64,000 bases of DNA from a virus (lineage: Duplodnaviria; Caudoviricetes). Every line of letters begins with the position of its first letter. Position 1 is the first letter of the stretch. The position numbers and the translations under genes were made by a program. Shown one piece after another: positions 8,178 through 16,531 of the stretch. A model generated the notes under the pieces. The model did not search any database and was not told where the DNA came from. It was given only the letters and a program-made list of their open reading frames with translations. Where the stretch lies: the IMG/VR virus record IMGVR_UViG_3300037067_002168, positions 24,189 through 88,188 of that record; one strand, written 5' to 3'.

Positions 8178-10208
8178 ATGCCGAAAATCAAACGACGTAT
8201 CATCTCTATTGATACAGAGACAACAGGATTAGACTGCTATCATGGGGCTAGACCGTTCTTGGTGACTACCTGTAACCAGCGGGATGAAGTCAGCTGGTGG
8301 GAGTGGCCAGTCGATCCGCTGACTCGTAAAGTGCAAGTAATCAAATCTGACTTATTGGAGATACAGCAAGAGATTGACCGAGCGGACGAGCTGATACTAC
8401 AAAATCCAAAGTTCGATTATAAGATGCTCTATCTTTTGTTTCAAGACGCTGGTTTGGAGTTACGATGGGATTGGACGAAAGTGCGTGATACACTGTTGGC
8501 CGGGCATCTATTGGCGAGCAATCAGCCGCACGACCTAACAACGATGGGGTTGGTCTATTTGGGAATCAACATCGAACCATTGGAGGATGGCGTCAAGAAG
8601 GCAACCCAAGAGGCGCGACGGCTAGCCAAGAATGACTACCCGACTTGGCGACTGGCGAAGGTTGGCCTACCTGAGATGCCTAGTGCCAAAGAGAGCACTT
8701 GGAAATACGATATGTGGCTACCGCGAGCGATTGCCGAGACTGAAAGCTACCCAGAAAATCACGAGTGGTGGACCGTCTGCTCTGAATATGCCAACGGCGA
8801 TAGTGCTGTAACGCTCCCACTCTATCTGAGGCAGGCAGAGATATTGAAGCAGCGGGGGTTGACTCGAATCTATCAAGAACGATTGAAGTTGTTGCCTATC
8901 GTAGTTGCTATGGAAGATCGGGGCATTACAATTAGCGGCGAACGACTGGAAGAGTTGCGGGGCGATTATGAAACAGAAAGTGGCAAGGCGGGTCGAGTAT
9001 GCAGGACAATCGCTGGTGGATTAGGCTGCGACTTAGTGCTCCCAAAATCAGGTAACAACAAATCGCTGACAGACTTTGTTTTTGGACCGTTGGGTCTCAA
9101 GGCAGAAAAATCTAGCAAGAAGACGGGTAAGCCGAGTCTTGACAAGTCAGTGTTAGAGCACTGGGAGGCGACGCTGCCAGCCCATAGTAAGGCACTGACT
9201 TTTGTCAAATCGCTCAAGGGAAAACGCAAGCGTGACACCGCATTAAACTACATGGAGGGATATAGGAAGTTCTGGATTCCACTGACTGATCAACCTGATT
9301 GGTTTTGCTTGCATCCATCGTTGAATGCGACAGGTACGGATACTCTACGGTGGAGCAGTCAGAATCCAAATGAGCAGAACATCAGTAAGCAGGAGGGATT
9401 CAACCTTCGATACATGTTTGGGCCAGCATCTGGTCGTGAGTGGTGGTCTTTGGACGCAAAGAACATTGAGCTGCGATTGCCCGCTTATGAGTCGGGTGAG
9501 ACGGATATGATTGATCTATTTGAGCGGCCAGACGATCCGCCCTATTACGGCAGCAATCATCTTCTTGTGTTTGACATCTTACACCCAGACTTATTTGCCA
9601 AGTATGGCAAGGACGTAAAAAAGCTGTTTGCGTCTACTTGGTATCAGTGGACAAAAAATGGCAATTTTGCAGTAACATATGGAGCTGTAGAACAGAGCGG
9701 CACGGCTGACCGAGCATATCATGTTACTGGAGCGCAGCATATTATCAACAGTCGATTCACGAAGATCAAACAGCTCAATGAGAGGATGATTGAGTTTGCC
9801 CAGAAGAATGGTTACGTTGAGACAATGCCGGACAAGACAGTCGATCCAAAACGTGGCTATCCATTGCTGTGTTCTCGAAATAACTGGGGTAGTATCTCGC
9901 CGACGATCCCACTCAATTACCACGTCCAGGGATCAGCATGCTGGTGGATGATGAAGGCTATGATTCGTTGCCAAGCGTTATTAGACGACTACAACGCCAA
10001 TCAAAAACCAGAATACAAAGCGTATATGGTAATGCAGATTCATGATGAAGTAGTTTTTGATTTTCCATTTGTTATAAATAAGGGTAATTTGCCTATTCTT
10101 AGAAATATATCTAAATTGATGGAAAAAAGTGGCGACGATCTAGGGGTACCCACTCCTGTAAGTCTGGAATACCACCCAAATAATTGGTCAGACGGCGAAT
10201 CAGCATGA
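8178..10208 (+). CDS. polA: family A DNA polymerase (3'-5' exonuclease + polymerase)
   Basis: ExoI IDTETTGLD, ExoII NPKFD, RWSSQNPNEQNI, motif A DAKNIELR, motif B KNGNFAVTYG, motif C IHDEVVF. Confidence 0.95.
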   Translation: MPKIKRRIISIDTETTGLDCYHGARPFLVTTCNQRDEVSWWEWPVDPLTRKVQVIKSDLLEIQQEIDRADELILQNPKFDYKMLYLLFQDAGLELRWDWTKVRDTLLAGHLLASNQPHDLTTMGLVYLGINIEPLEDGVKKATQEARRLAKNDYPTWRLAKVGLPEMPSAKESTWKYDMWLPRAIAETESYPENHEWWTVCSEYANGDSAVTLPLYLRQAEILKQRGLTRIYQERLKLLPIVVAMEDRGITISGERLEELRGDYETESGKAGRVCRTIAGGLGCDLVLPKSGNNKSLTDFVFGPLGLKAEKSSKKTGKPSLDKSVLEHWEATLPAHSKALTFVKSLKGKRKRDTALNYMEGYRKFWIPLTDQPDWFCLHPSLNATGTDTLRWSSQNPNEQNISKQEGFNLRYMFGPASGREWWSLDAKNIELRLPAYESGETDMIDLFERPDDPPYYGSNHLLVFDILHPDLFAKYGKDVKKLFASTWYQWTKNGNFAVTYGAVEQSGTADRAYHVTGAQHIINSRFTKIKQLNERMIEFAQKNGYVETMPDKTVDPKRGYPLLCSRNNWGSISPTIPLNYHVQGSACWWMMKAMIRCQALLDDYNANQKPEYKAYMVMQIHDEVVFDFPFVINKGNLPILRNISKLMEKSGDDLGVPTPVSLEYHPNNWSDGESA

Positions 10209-10675
10209 AAAAAGAGCCAGCAATTACTAGGTTTTGGAGAAAAGTACGAAAAACCAAAACCTGTTGGATTTGGACCGACCACACTGGAAAAAGAGGTACC
10301 GGAATAATCTGGATTTCAGGAAAACCGATTTCTGCCCATATATTTGCTTATGAACAATTTATAGGCCCTATACCGGATGGTCTATATATTTGCCACCATT
10401 GTGATAATCCTAAGTGTGTTAATCCAAAACACCTATTTGCTGGAACTCAAAATGACAATATGCAAGACATGAAACGTAAGAAAAGGGCAAATCACCCATT
10501 AGGAGAAGCTAATGGCAGAGCCGTACTAACTGAAGCTAATGTGCGAGAAATAAGGGCGTTTTGTAAGCCCTGGTCCAAGCAGCACGGTCAAGTTATCTAT
10601 GCTAAGAAGTTCGGTGTAACTGTGACAGCTATACAAGACGTTCTCAAACGAAAGAGATGGTCTCATGTTATCTGA
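10205..10675 (+). CDS. free-standing HNH homing endonuclease
   Basis: CWIWT...ICHHCDNPKCVNPKHL...GTQNDNMQD followed by a C-terminal HTH. Confidence 0.9.
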   Translation: MKKEPAITRFWRKVRKTKTCWIWTDHTGKRGTGIIWISGKPISAHIFAYEQFIGPIPDGLYICHHCDNPKCVNPKHLFAGTQNDNMQDMKRKKRANHPLGEANGRAVLTEANVREIRAFCKPWSKQHGQVIYAKKFGVTVTAIQDVLKRKRWSHVI

Positions 10676-11510
10676 TGTATCTAGTCTATCTCCAATAGAT
10701 CGGTTGATCTACTGGATAAAGGAGCGGGAGAGTGTTCGCCTGAAGAAAGAAGCAGGAGAACCAAAACCGTGGACAGATGATCCAATCCTACAAAAATACA
10801 GATTCTGCAATGTGCGACGGATGGATGATAAAGTCAGTCAGTGGCTGTTACACAACTGGTACGAGCCGTTTCACGATCATCCGAATATGCTGATTGCATG
10901 CTGTCTGGCTAGGTTTTTTAACCTACCTTCGTCGTTAGAAGCAATTGGGTTCCCAGAAGTTTGGGATGCTGCCAAGGTTCGATCTGTCTTACGTCGATTG
11001 AAGAAGCAGGGCAAGACGATTTTCAACGCTGCTTACATGGTGCGTGGAAACGATGGAGTTGATAAGGTTGCTTGTGTAATCAACTATTCAATCCAACCGT
11101 TAGTTAAACACCCTCCAATTATTGATACGTCTAGTATGCAAAATACTTGGAAGGCACTAGAGTGTCGGCGGGGGTTTGGATCATTTATGGCTGGACAAGT
11201 TGTTGCCGATCTACGGTGGGGATTGTCGGGCAGCTGGGAAGATAAGGGTACCTGGGCTCCTATTGGTCCTGGATCAAAACGAGGAATGAATATCCTGCTT
11301 GGTAGGGAGTTGGAATCACCGATTACGCAGAGCGATTTTAACATCCAACTCAATAATCTTATGCTCGATCTGAGAATCCGTCTACTGATTAAATTGACTG
11401 GTAGGTTGGAAGCGATTGATTATCAAAATTGTCTCTGCGAGTATTCGGGATATGAGAAAGTGCTTTGGGGTAGGGGCAGGAAGAAACAATTGTATCCTGG
11501 ATTGGTGTAG
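10665..11510 (+). CDS. 5-hmdU DNA kinase helical domain / aGPT-Pplase1 family
   Basis: WIKERESVRLKKEAG..PWTDDPILQKYRFCNVRRMDD is the family signature; context of base-modification genes. Confidence 0.85.
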   Translation: MLSDVSSLSPIDRLIYWIKERESVRLKKEAGEPKPWTDDPILQKYRFCNVRRMDDKVSQWLLHNWYEPFHDHPNMLIACCLARFFNLPSSLEAIGFPEVWDAAKVRSVLRRLKKQGKTIFNAAYMVRGNDGVDKVACVINYSIQPLVKHPPIIDTSSMQNTWKALECRRGFGSFMAGQVVADLRWGLSGSWEDKGTWAPIGPGSKRGMNILLGRELESPITQSDFNIQLNNLMLDLRIRLLIKLTGRLEAIDYQNCLCEYSGYEKVLWGRGRKKQLYPGLV

Positions 11511-11511
11511 T

Positions 11512-12063
11512 ATGGCAGTTATTGGATTAGTTGGCCCACATGCAATTGGTAAAACAACTGCCTGTTATCGCTGGCTTACTAGATACCGGGGAAAGCTGGT
11601 TTGCGCTATTGCTGATAATCAGTGGGAGGCTAGATCAGCAACAGATCGAACTAGGGTCAGGAACTGGAAAGGAACAATACAAGAGAAACAGCAGTTGGTA
11701 GAGCAATGTCAATCCCGGCAGGAAGTAATTGTAATTGACTCGGTACGCACAACCAACCTAAACTACTTTCAACCGACTGATCCAGTGATTATTGTAACTT
11801 GCAGTTGGCAAGTTATGAACCAAGTTTTGCGAGACCGGTGTAAAAGAAATAATAAGAAGTTTAACGAGAAATACTGGGATCAATGGAAATTAGACTATGA
11901 ATCACATAGACGGTATTTGAATTATGCTGCCAAAAGATTATCTGCCAGCCAGTGGAAGCATTTTGTCATAGAAGATCAAGCAAGGGACTGGCTGGCTGTT
12001 GATGATTATTTTGGTTCATTGTTTAGAAGGTTGCATAATAGGATTGTGAGAAACCGTGTCTAG
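11512..12063 (+). CDS. P-loop nucleotide kinase 1 of the base-modification cluster
   Basis: IGLVGPHAIGKTT Walker A, VIVIDS, lid-like VLRDRCKR. Confidence 0.75.
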   Translation: MAVIGLVGPHAIGKTTACYRWLTRYRGKLVCAIADNQWEARSATDRTRVRNWKGTIQEKQQLVEQCQSRQEVIVIDSVRTTNLNYFQPTDPVIIVTCSWQVMNQVLRDRCKRNNKKFNEKYWDQWKLDYESHRRYLNYAAKRLSASQWKHFVIEDQARDWLAVDDYFGSLFRRLHNRIVRNRV

Positions 12064-12601
12064 TTGTATTCAAGTAAGGGGAACTAGCGGTAGTGGAAAA
12101 TCCACGGTAATGCGTCAGGTGATACACGGCTTGGGCGATTGGGTTCCTCAATTTGTAGAAAAACGTAAGCAACCGTTGTACTATCACCACGTTGATTTTG
12201 ATCTGGTTGTTTTGGGTCACTATGGATCGCCATGCGGTGGTTGTGATACAATAGGAAGTGCTCGGGCGGTTTATGAACTGATACAACAGATTGATGCTAA
12301 GGTAATCTTGTGTGAGGGACTATTGTTGAGTGAGGATACATTATGGAGCAGCCAACTCGCTAACCTTCGAGTATTGTTCTTAACTACACCGATTCAACAG
12401 TGCTTGACTTGGATTGGTGATCGACGGATAGCAGCCGGAAACGTAAAACCCCTGAATCCAAATAACACGGTAAATCGAGTAGCTACAATAGAACGTGCTA
12501 GGCAAAAGTTAGTAAAATTAGGGGTTCCGTGTCGGCGTGCTTCTGCTAAACAAGCACCAGAAATTGTTCTTAAATGGGTCAAAGAGATATGCCAAAAATA
12601 G
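12056..12601 (+). CDS. P-loop nucleotide kinase 2 (5-hmdU kinase-type)
   Basis: VRGTSGSGKST, LGHYGSPCGGCDTI, VILCEGLL, CLTWIGDRR resemble kinases of thymidine-modifying phages. Confidence 0.8.
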   Translation: MSSCIQVRGTSGSGKSTVMRQVIHGLGDWVPQFVEKRKQPLYYHHVDFDLVVLGHYGSPCGGCDTIGSARAVYELIQQIDAKVILCEGLLLSEDTLWSSQLANLRVLFLTTPIQQCLTWIGDRRIAAGNVKPLNPNNTVNRVATIERARQKLVKLGVPCRRASAKQAPEIVLKWVKEICQK

Positions 12602-13959
12602 ATAGCAAACAACTGTCTGTAGTTCAACCAAAACTTGAAGGCTATGCCTACTTTATGCAGAACGAGCCACAGAAGAATCTGGGACCAATCCATACAGAAC
12701 AAGACGAGATTTTTGGTAAGCAAGTCAAGGTTAGAGACGTTAGCATTGCAATGATGCGTAATGCCTCTACTGCCAATCGTAAACAGGTCAAGGTCTTTCT
12801 TGAGCCATTTCCACATATACGAATTGAAAAGGCTAAAGAGTTGCAGGGTTGGTACAAAGGAGCCAACGAGCGCAATCAGGTACGGCCACGACCCTGTTGG
12901 ACGGAGGCATTGTTAACTCAACCTTACGGTGGATTTTGCCCAAATTCCTGTCTGTTTTGTTATATTGATTCTGGCATGCGTGGTTATCGGGCGACGGGAT
13001 TGATGACGGTGCCTATCAATTATGGGGAGCAGATCAGACAACAACTGAAAAAGATTCGTCGCGGATCGGCCGGATACTTTACCAGCTTCCACGACCCGTT
13101 CAATCCGCTGGAGAAAATCTACCACAATAGTCAACAGGCTGCTGAAGCATTTATTGAGGTTGGGTTGCCTATTTTCTTTCTCAGCCGTCTTCGCTATCCA
13201 GATTGGGCAATTGATTTGTTGACTAGAAACAAATACAGCTATGCCCAGAAAAGTATCAATACTTCCGATGCGGACGATTGGCACAAACTATCACCGGGAG
13301 TTCCACCGCTGGCTACACAATTGGAAGATATACGCCGATTGAAATCCGCCGATGTTTACGTATCAGTACAAGTCAATCCTATAGTTCCAGGAGTAACAAG
13401 CAATCAGCAGATTGTAGAGTTGTTCAGGATGTTGGCTGAGGTAGGCGCAAATCACGTGATTGTTAAGTTCGTTGAAGCAGCTTACTCTTGGGCTCCAACA
13501 ATGATCCAAAAGATGGTAGATGCTTTTGGTGATCGTGGTAGACGATTTGGAGAATTGTTTACGCAGAACATTGGCGGCGAGAAAACGGTTGACGAAGATT
13601 ATCGTATGCGGGCCCACAAGGTGTTTACCAGTTATGCCAAACGGTATGGATTGACTTACGGCACTTGCTACGAATACCGTTGGGAGAGAAATGAAAGCGG
13701 TGGTATTGTAAACAAAACAGGCATCAGCATTGGACCTGAAGTTACGACTGGGGCACAATGCCACGGCCAACGAGTACCAATGTTTACTCGTAACAGAGCA
13801 GATGAGATATTTCGTGAAGTATCCGTTTGTCCACCATCTGGATGCCTCTATTGTTCAGAAAACAACGGCGGTACTCCCCGTTGTGGAGACGTTCTGGCAG
13901 GAGAAGCAGCAGCGCTTCGGATGGCTGATTTGAAGAAGCCGATTGGTTTACCAAAATGA
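12589..13959 (+). CDS. radical SAM enzyme (SPL-like; candidate glycyl-thymidine isomerase)
   Basis: LTQPYGGFCPNSCLFCY CxxxCxxC; YFTSFHDPF; adjacent to the amino acid:DNA transferase. Confidence 0.8.
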   Translation: MPKIDSKQLSVVQPKLEGYAYFMQNEPQKNLGPIHTEQDEIFGKQVKVRDVSIAMMRNASTANRKQVKVFLEPFPHIRIEKAKELQGWYKGANERNQVRPRPCWTEALLTQPYGGFCPNSCLFCYIDSGMRGYRATGLMTVPINYGEQIRQQLKKIRRGSAGYFTSFHDPFNPLEKIYHNSQQAAEAFIEVGLPIFFLSRLRYPDWAIDLLTRNKYSYAQKSINTSDADDWHKLSPGVPPLATQLEDIRRLKSADVYVSVQVNPIVPGVTSNQQIVELFRMLAEVGANHVIVKFVEAAYSWAPTMIQKMVDAFGDRGRRFGELFTQNIGGEKTVDEDYRMRAHKVFTSYAKRYGLTYGTCYEYRWERNESGGIVNKTGISIGPEVTTGAQCHGQRVPMFTRNRADEIFREVSVCPPSGCLYCSENNGGTPRCGDVLAGEAAALRMADLKKPIGLPK

Positions 13960-14762
13960 CTCAACAAAAAGGAAAACTGGGTGTTGTTGAGTTTGGTCGC
14001 CAGTTGATTGAGACTGGTGATTTAGACCCCTTATACATCGCCCTATGGAAGGCGAGATTACCGCATAAGAAATTGTGCCAATGGCTGGTGTGCTACTTCT
14101 GCTATTACCATGCTGGACTATCCTCCTGGGTCGTAGATCAACTGGAGCAGAACGAATGGGACATCCTAGACAAAATAGCTCGCGGAGGAACCGCCTATCC
14201 ACGCGGGTCGGAACGCCGGCACTTTCGTGGGCAGTTAGCTATCAAAGCAGTGGAGAAGCTGCGTAGCACGTTCTCCGATGGCGAGGAATTGATTAGATGG
14301 GTAGGCGACGGCGGCCCACGCGCCAACGGTGTGATGTCTCGTGTACGATCCTTGTACGGGTTCGGAGAGTGGATCAGCGGGAAAGTGCCAGACATCTGCG
14401 AACGTCTGAAGCTATTTCCTGTCAAGTTTGTTGATCGGGACATAGATTACATGTTTGATTCGCCTAAGAAGGGCGCAATCGAAGTGGCAAACAGATACGC
14501 TCCATCAGACGATCCGCTAATGTCGGCGCACCGATACCTAATCCAACAACTGTCGTCGATCAAGGCACCGCCGAGATACGAACGCGGTATCAACGTGCAG
14601 GAGACGGAGACGATTTTTTGTAAGGTTCATGCCTATTGGAATGGAACATACGAGGTAGGCAAAGATACGCGGGAGATTAGGCACGGGCTGCTTCGATATG
14701 CTAGGAGTAAGACTAGCCAGATTTTGCTTCGGACGATGCCTAGCGTGGTGGTAGGGGGCTAG
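13956..14762 (+). CDS. amino acid:DNA transferase (aGPT-Pplase2 family)
   Basis: LIETGDLDPLY, YFCYYHAG, YPRGSERRHFRG, FGEWISGKVPD, NVQETETIFCK. Confidence 0.88.
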   Translation: MTQQKGKLGVVEFGRQLIETGDLDPLYIALWKARLPHKKLCQWLVCYFCYYHAGLSSWVVDQLEQNEWDILDKIARGGTAYPRGSERRHFRGQLAIKAVEKLRSTFSDGEELIRWVGDGGPRANGVMSRVRSLYGFGEWISGKVPDICERLKLFPVKFVDRDIDYMFDSPKKGAIEVANRYAPSDDPLMSAHRYLIQQLSSIKAPPRYERGINVQETETIFCKVHAYWNGTYEVGKDTREIRHGLLRYARSKTSQILLRTMPSVVVGG

Positions 14763-14764
14763 AA

Positions 14765-15589
14765 ATGGCTATTAGGACGGGTAGGATAACCGCTGGTGGT
14801 ATGCTTAGGGAGGGAACCCCCCTAGAAGACTACCAGGAGCAATACGGTTTATGGGTAAAGCGCGAAGACAAATCGTGCGTGCCTCCTGGTCCACCGTTCT
14901 CCAAAGCGCGTGGCGTGTATGCCAGGATTGCTAGTCGTCCTGAAACAATTATCGGCGTGCTGGATACATATCATTCCCAGGGTGGGCACGCTGCTGCTAG
15001 AGCGTGTCAAATACTGGGTAAGCAGTGTTTAGATTTTTATCCAGAATACAAACACGATCCTGGATGCCGGGAACCACAACTCAGAGCAAAATCCTTGGGA
15101 GCTGAATTGATTGGTCTGCCGGCCGGTAGGTCGGCGATACTGTTTCATACAGCCAAAAAATACGCAGAAGCATGCAGAGGTTACATGCTACCGAACGCCC
15201 TAAAATTAGAAGAGTCAATTGAAGAAACGGCGAAAGAAGTGCCAGACCGCTGCTTTGATAACGTGCTGATCTCGGCAAGCAGTGGTACAATCGCCGCAGG
15301 AGTAATTCGCGGATTTTCTCGACGCAAAATATCAATCAATAGATACTTGATTCACCTTGGATATACTCGATCACATGATTCAGTGCTGCAATACCTGGCT
15401 GTGTCGTCCGGTGGCGTAACGAACTGCGTAGAAATAGTTGACGAGGGGTATCAGTACAAAGACAAAGCAAAACCGGGCGATACTCCTCCGTGGCCTTGCA
15501 ACGAATACTACGACCTGAAGGCATTTCGTTGGTGGATAGCCAATCGATCTAGGTATGACGGAAAAACTCTATTTTGGAATATAGGTTAA
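14765..15589 (+). CDS. PLP-dependent fold-type II enzyme (candidate DNA-base decarboxylase)
   Basis: WVKRED...PPFSKARG Lys motif, ISASSGTIAAG phosphate loop, YYDLKAF, TLFWNIG. Confidence 0.85.
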   Translation: MAIRTGRITAGGMLREGTPLEDYQEQYGLWVKREDKSCVPPGPPFSKARGVYARIASRPETIIGVLDTYHSQGGHAAARACQILGKQCLDFYPEYKHDPGCREPQLRAKSLGAELIGLPAGRSAILFHTAKKYAEACRGYMLPNALKLEESIEETAKEVPDRCFDNVLISASSGTIAAGVIRGFSRRKISINRYLIHLGYTRSHDSVLQYLAVSSGGVTNCVEIVDEGYQYKDKAKPGDTPPWPCNEYYDLKAFRWWIANRSRYDGKTLFWNIG

Positions 15590-15710
15590 ACAAATGAACC
15601 AAGATACTCCAGCAGTTGATATACGGTCTAATGATTTGGCCCATAACGTAGAGGCGCTATCTGATTGCTCATCAAAAATAAATCCACAATCAATAAGTAC
15701 GGCTCTATTT

Positions 15711-15745
15711 ACCAAAATAAAACCCAGGAGGATTAGTCCTGGGTT
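15711..15745 (-). terminator. intrinsic terminator of the minus-strand gene
   Basis: AACCCAGGA/TCCTGGGTT 9-bp stem (15721-15745) followed on the - strand by a T-rich tract. Confidence 0.7.
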
Positions 15746-15774
15746 GTAACTGAGTGAAATTGTCGAGGGTTGAG

Positions 15775-16359
15775 TTACAGCTTGGCAGCTGCAGTTTTGC
15801 CCTCGGCGCTGATTTCATACGTCGGTACCGTTCGGCCGCCAACATCATCTTGAGGACCAAACTTGACCAGACCTAAGCTCAGCAATGAAGGAAAGTGCTT
15901 TGCGTCGTTTGCGGCGCGAACATCGGGATCATGCGAACCAATCCATTCCACGCATCCGGCCGTGTCAACTCCGCCCTTTTCGGCGATCTGGGCGCGGGTC
16001 ATGGCTTTGCCCGCATTGGCCAAGCACTGGAGGATTTTCACCTGCGATTTGCGCAGACCGTCCTTCTTGGCTTTTTCGGCCTTAACTTCGGCCTTAGCTG
16101 CCTTCACCGACTTCACTGGCTTATCGGCCTTAACTTCGGCCTTAGCTGCCTTCACCGACTTCACTGGCTTATCGGCCTTAACTTCGGCCTTAGCTGCCTT
16201 CACCGACTTCACTGGCTTATCGGCCTTGACTGCCTTGGCCGGTTTGGCTGCCTTCACCGACTTCACTGGCTTATCGGCCTTGACTGCCTTGGCCTGTGCG
16301 TCGCTGACGGCAGGGGTGGATTCGGTACGTTCAACTGGGGCACCAATTTCGGGACACAT
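15775..16359 (-). CDS. histone H1/AlgP-like Lys-Ala repeat protein with a C-terminal winged-helix domain
   Basis: Repeats of KADKPVKSVKAAKAEV; C-terminal GLRKSQVKILQCL..AMTRAQIAEKGG..YEISAEG; RBS AGGAGAG; own promoter and terminator. Confidence 0.8.
   Translation of the reverse strand: MCPEIGAPVERTESTPAVSDAQAKAVKADKPVKSVKAAKPAKAVKADKPVKSVKAAKAEVKADKPVKSVKAAKAEVKADKPVKSVKAAKAEVKAEKAKKDGLRKSQVKILQCLANAGKAMTRAQIAEKGGVDTAGCVEWIGSHDPDVRAANDAKHFPSLLSLGLVKFGPQDDVGGRTVPTYEISAEGKTAAAKL
16076..16294. repeat. 48-bp coding tandem repeat (3 exact copies, one 54-bp variant and a partial copy)
   Basis: TCGGCCTTAACTTCGGCCTTAGCTGCCTTCACCGACTTCACTGGCTTA at 16076, 16124 and 16172. Confidence 0.95.
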
Positions 16360-16428
16360 GTTCGTTCTCTCCTGTTACCTGCGTCGGGCAGGTTTCCGGT
16401 TGACTGATTACTTTCAATCAACTCTTGC

Positions 16429-16457
16429 ATTATAAATAGTATCGGCGAATAAGTCAA
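16429..16457 (-). promoter_or_regulatory. near-consensus sigma70 promoter
   Basis: Minus strand TTGACT-17 nt-TATAAT upstream of the histone-like gene. Confidence 0.8.
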
Positions 16458-16531
16458 TAGATATTTGGGTTATTTTTACGGATTTCTCAAAATAATTGTA
16501 AGTTGTTTTCCCACACCAAGTTAGGATTACC

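Noticed and set aside
8178-10208. dZ (2-aminoadenine) or 7-deazaguanine modification system
   Set aside because: No purZ, queC/D/E, folE or dpdA recognisable in the window
14765-15589. Metabolic AMG (threonine dehydratase, cysteine synthase or ACC deaminase)
   Set aside because: Directly coupled to the amino acid:DNA transferase; better explained as the DNA-base PLP enzyme
15595-15750. Small ORF after the PLP gene
   Set aside because: No RBS or motif, and it runs through the terminator hairpin; unsupported
16076-16294. CRISPR array
   Set aside because: Repeats are contiguous, have no spacers, and are in-frame coding repeats
15863-16435. Plus-strand ORFs over the histone-like gene
   Set aside because: Shadows of the repeat; promoter, RBS and terminator all support the minus strand
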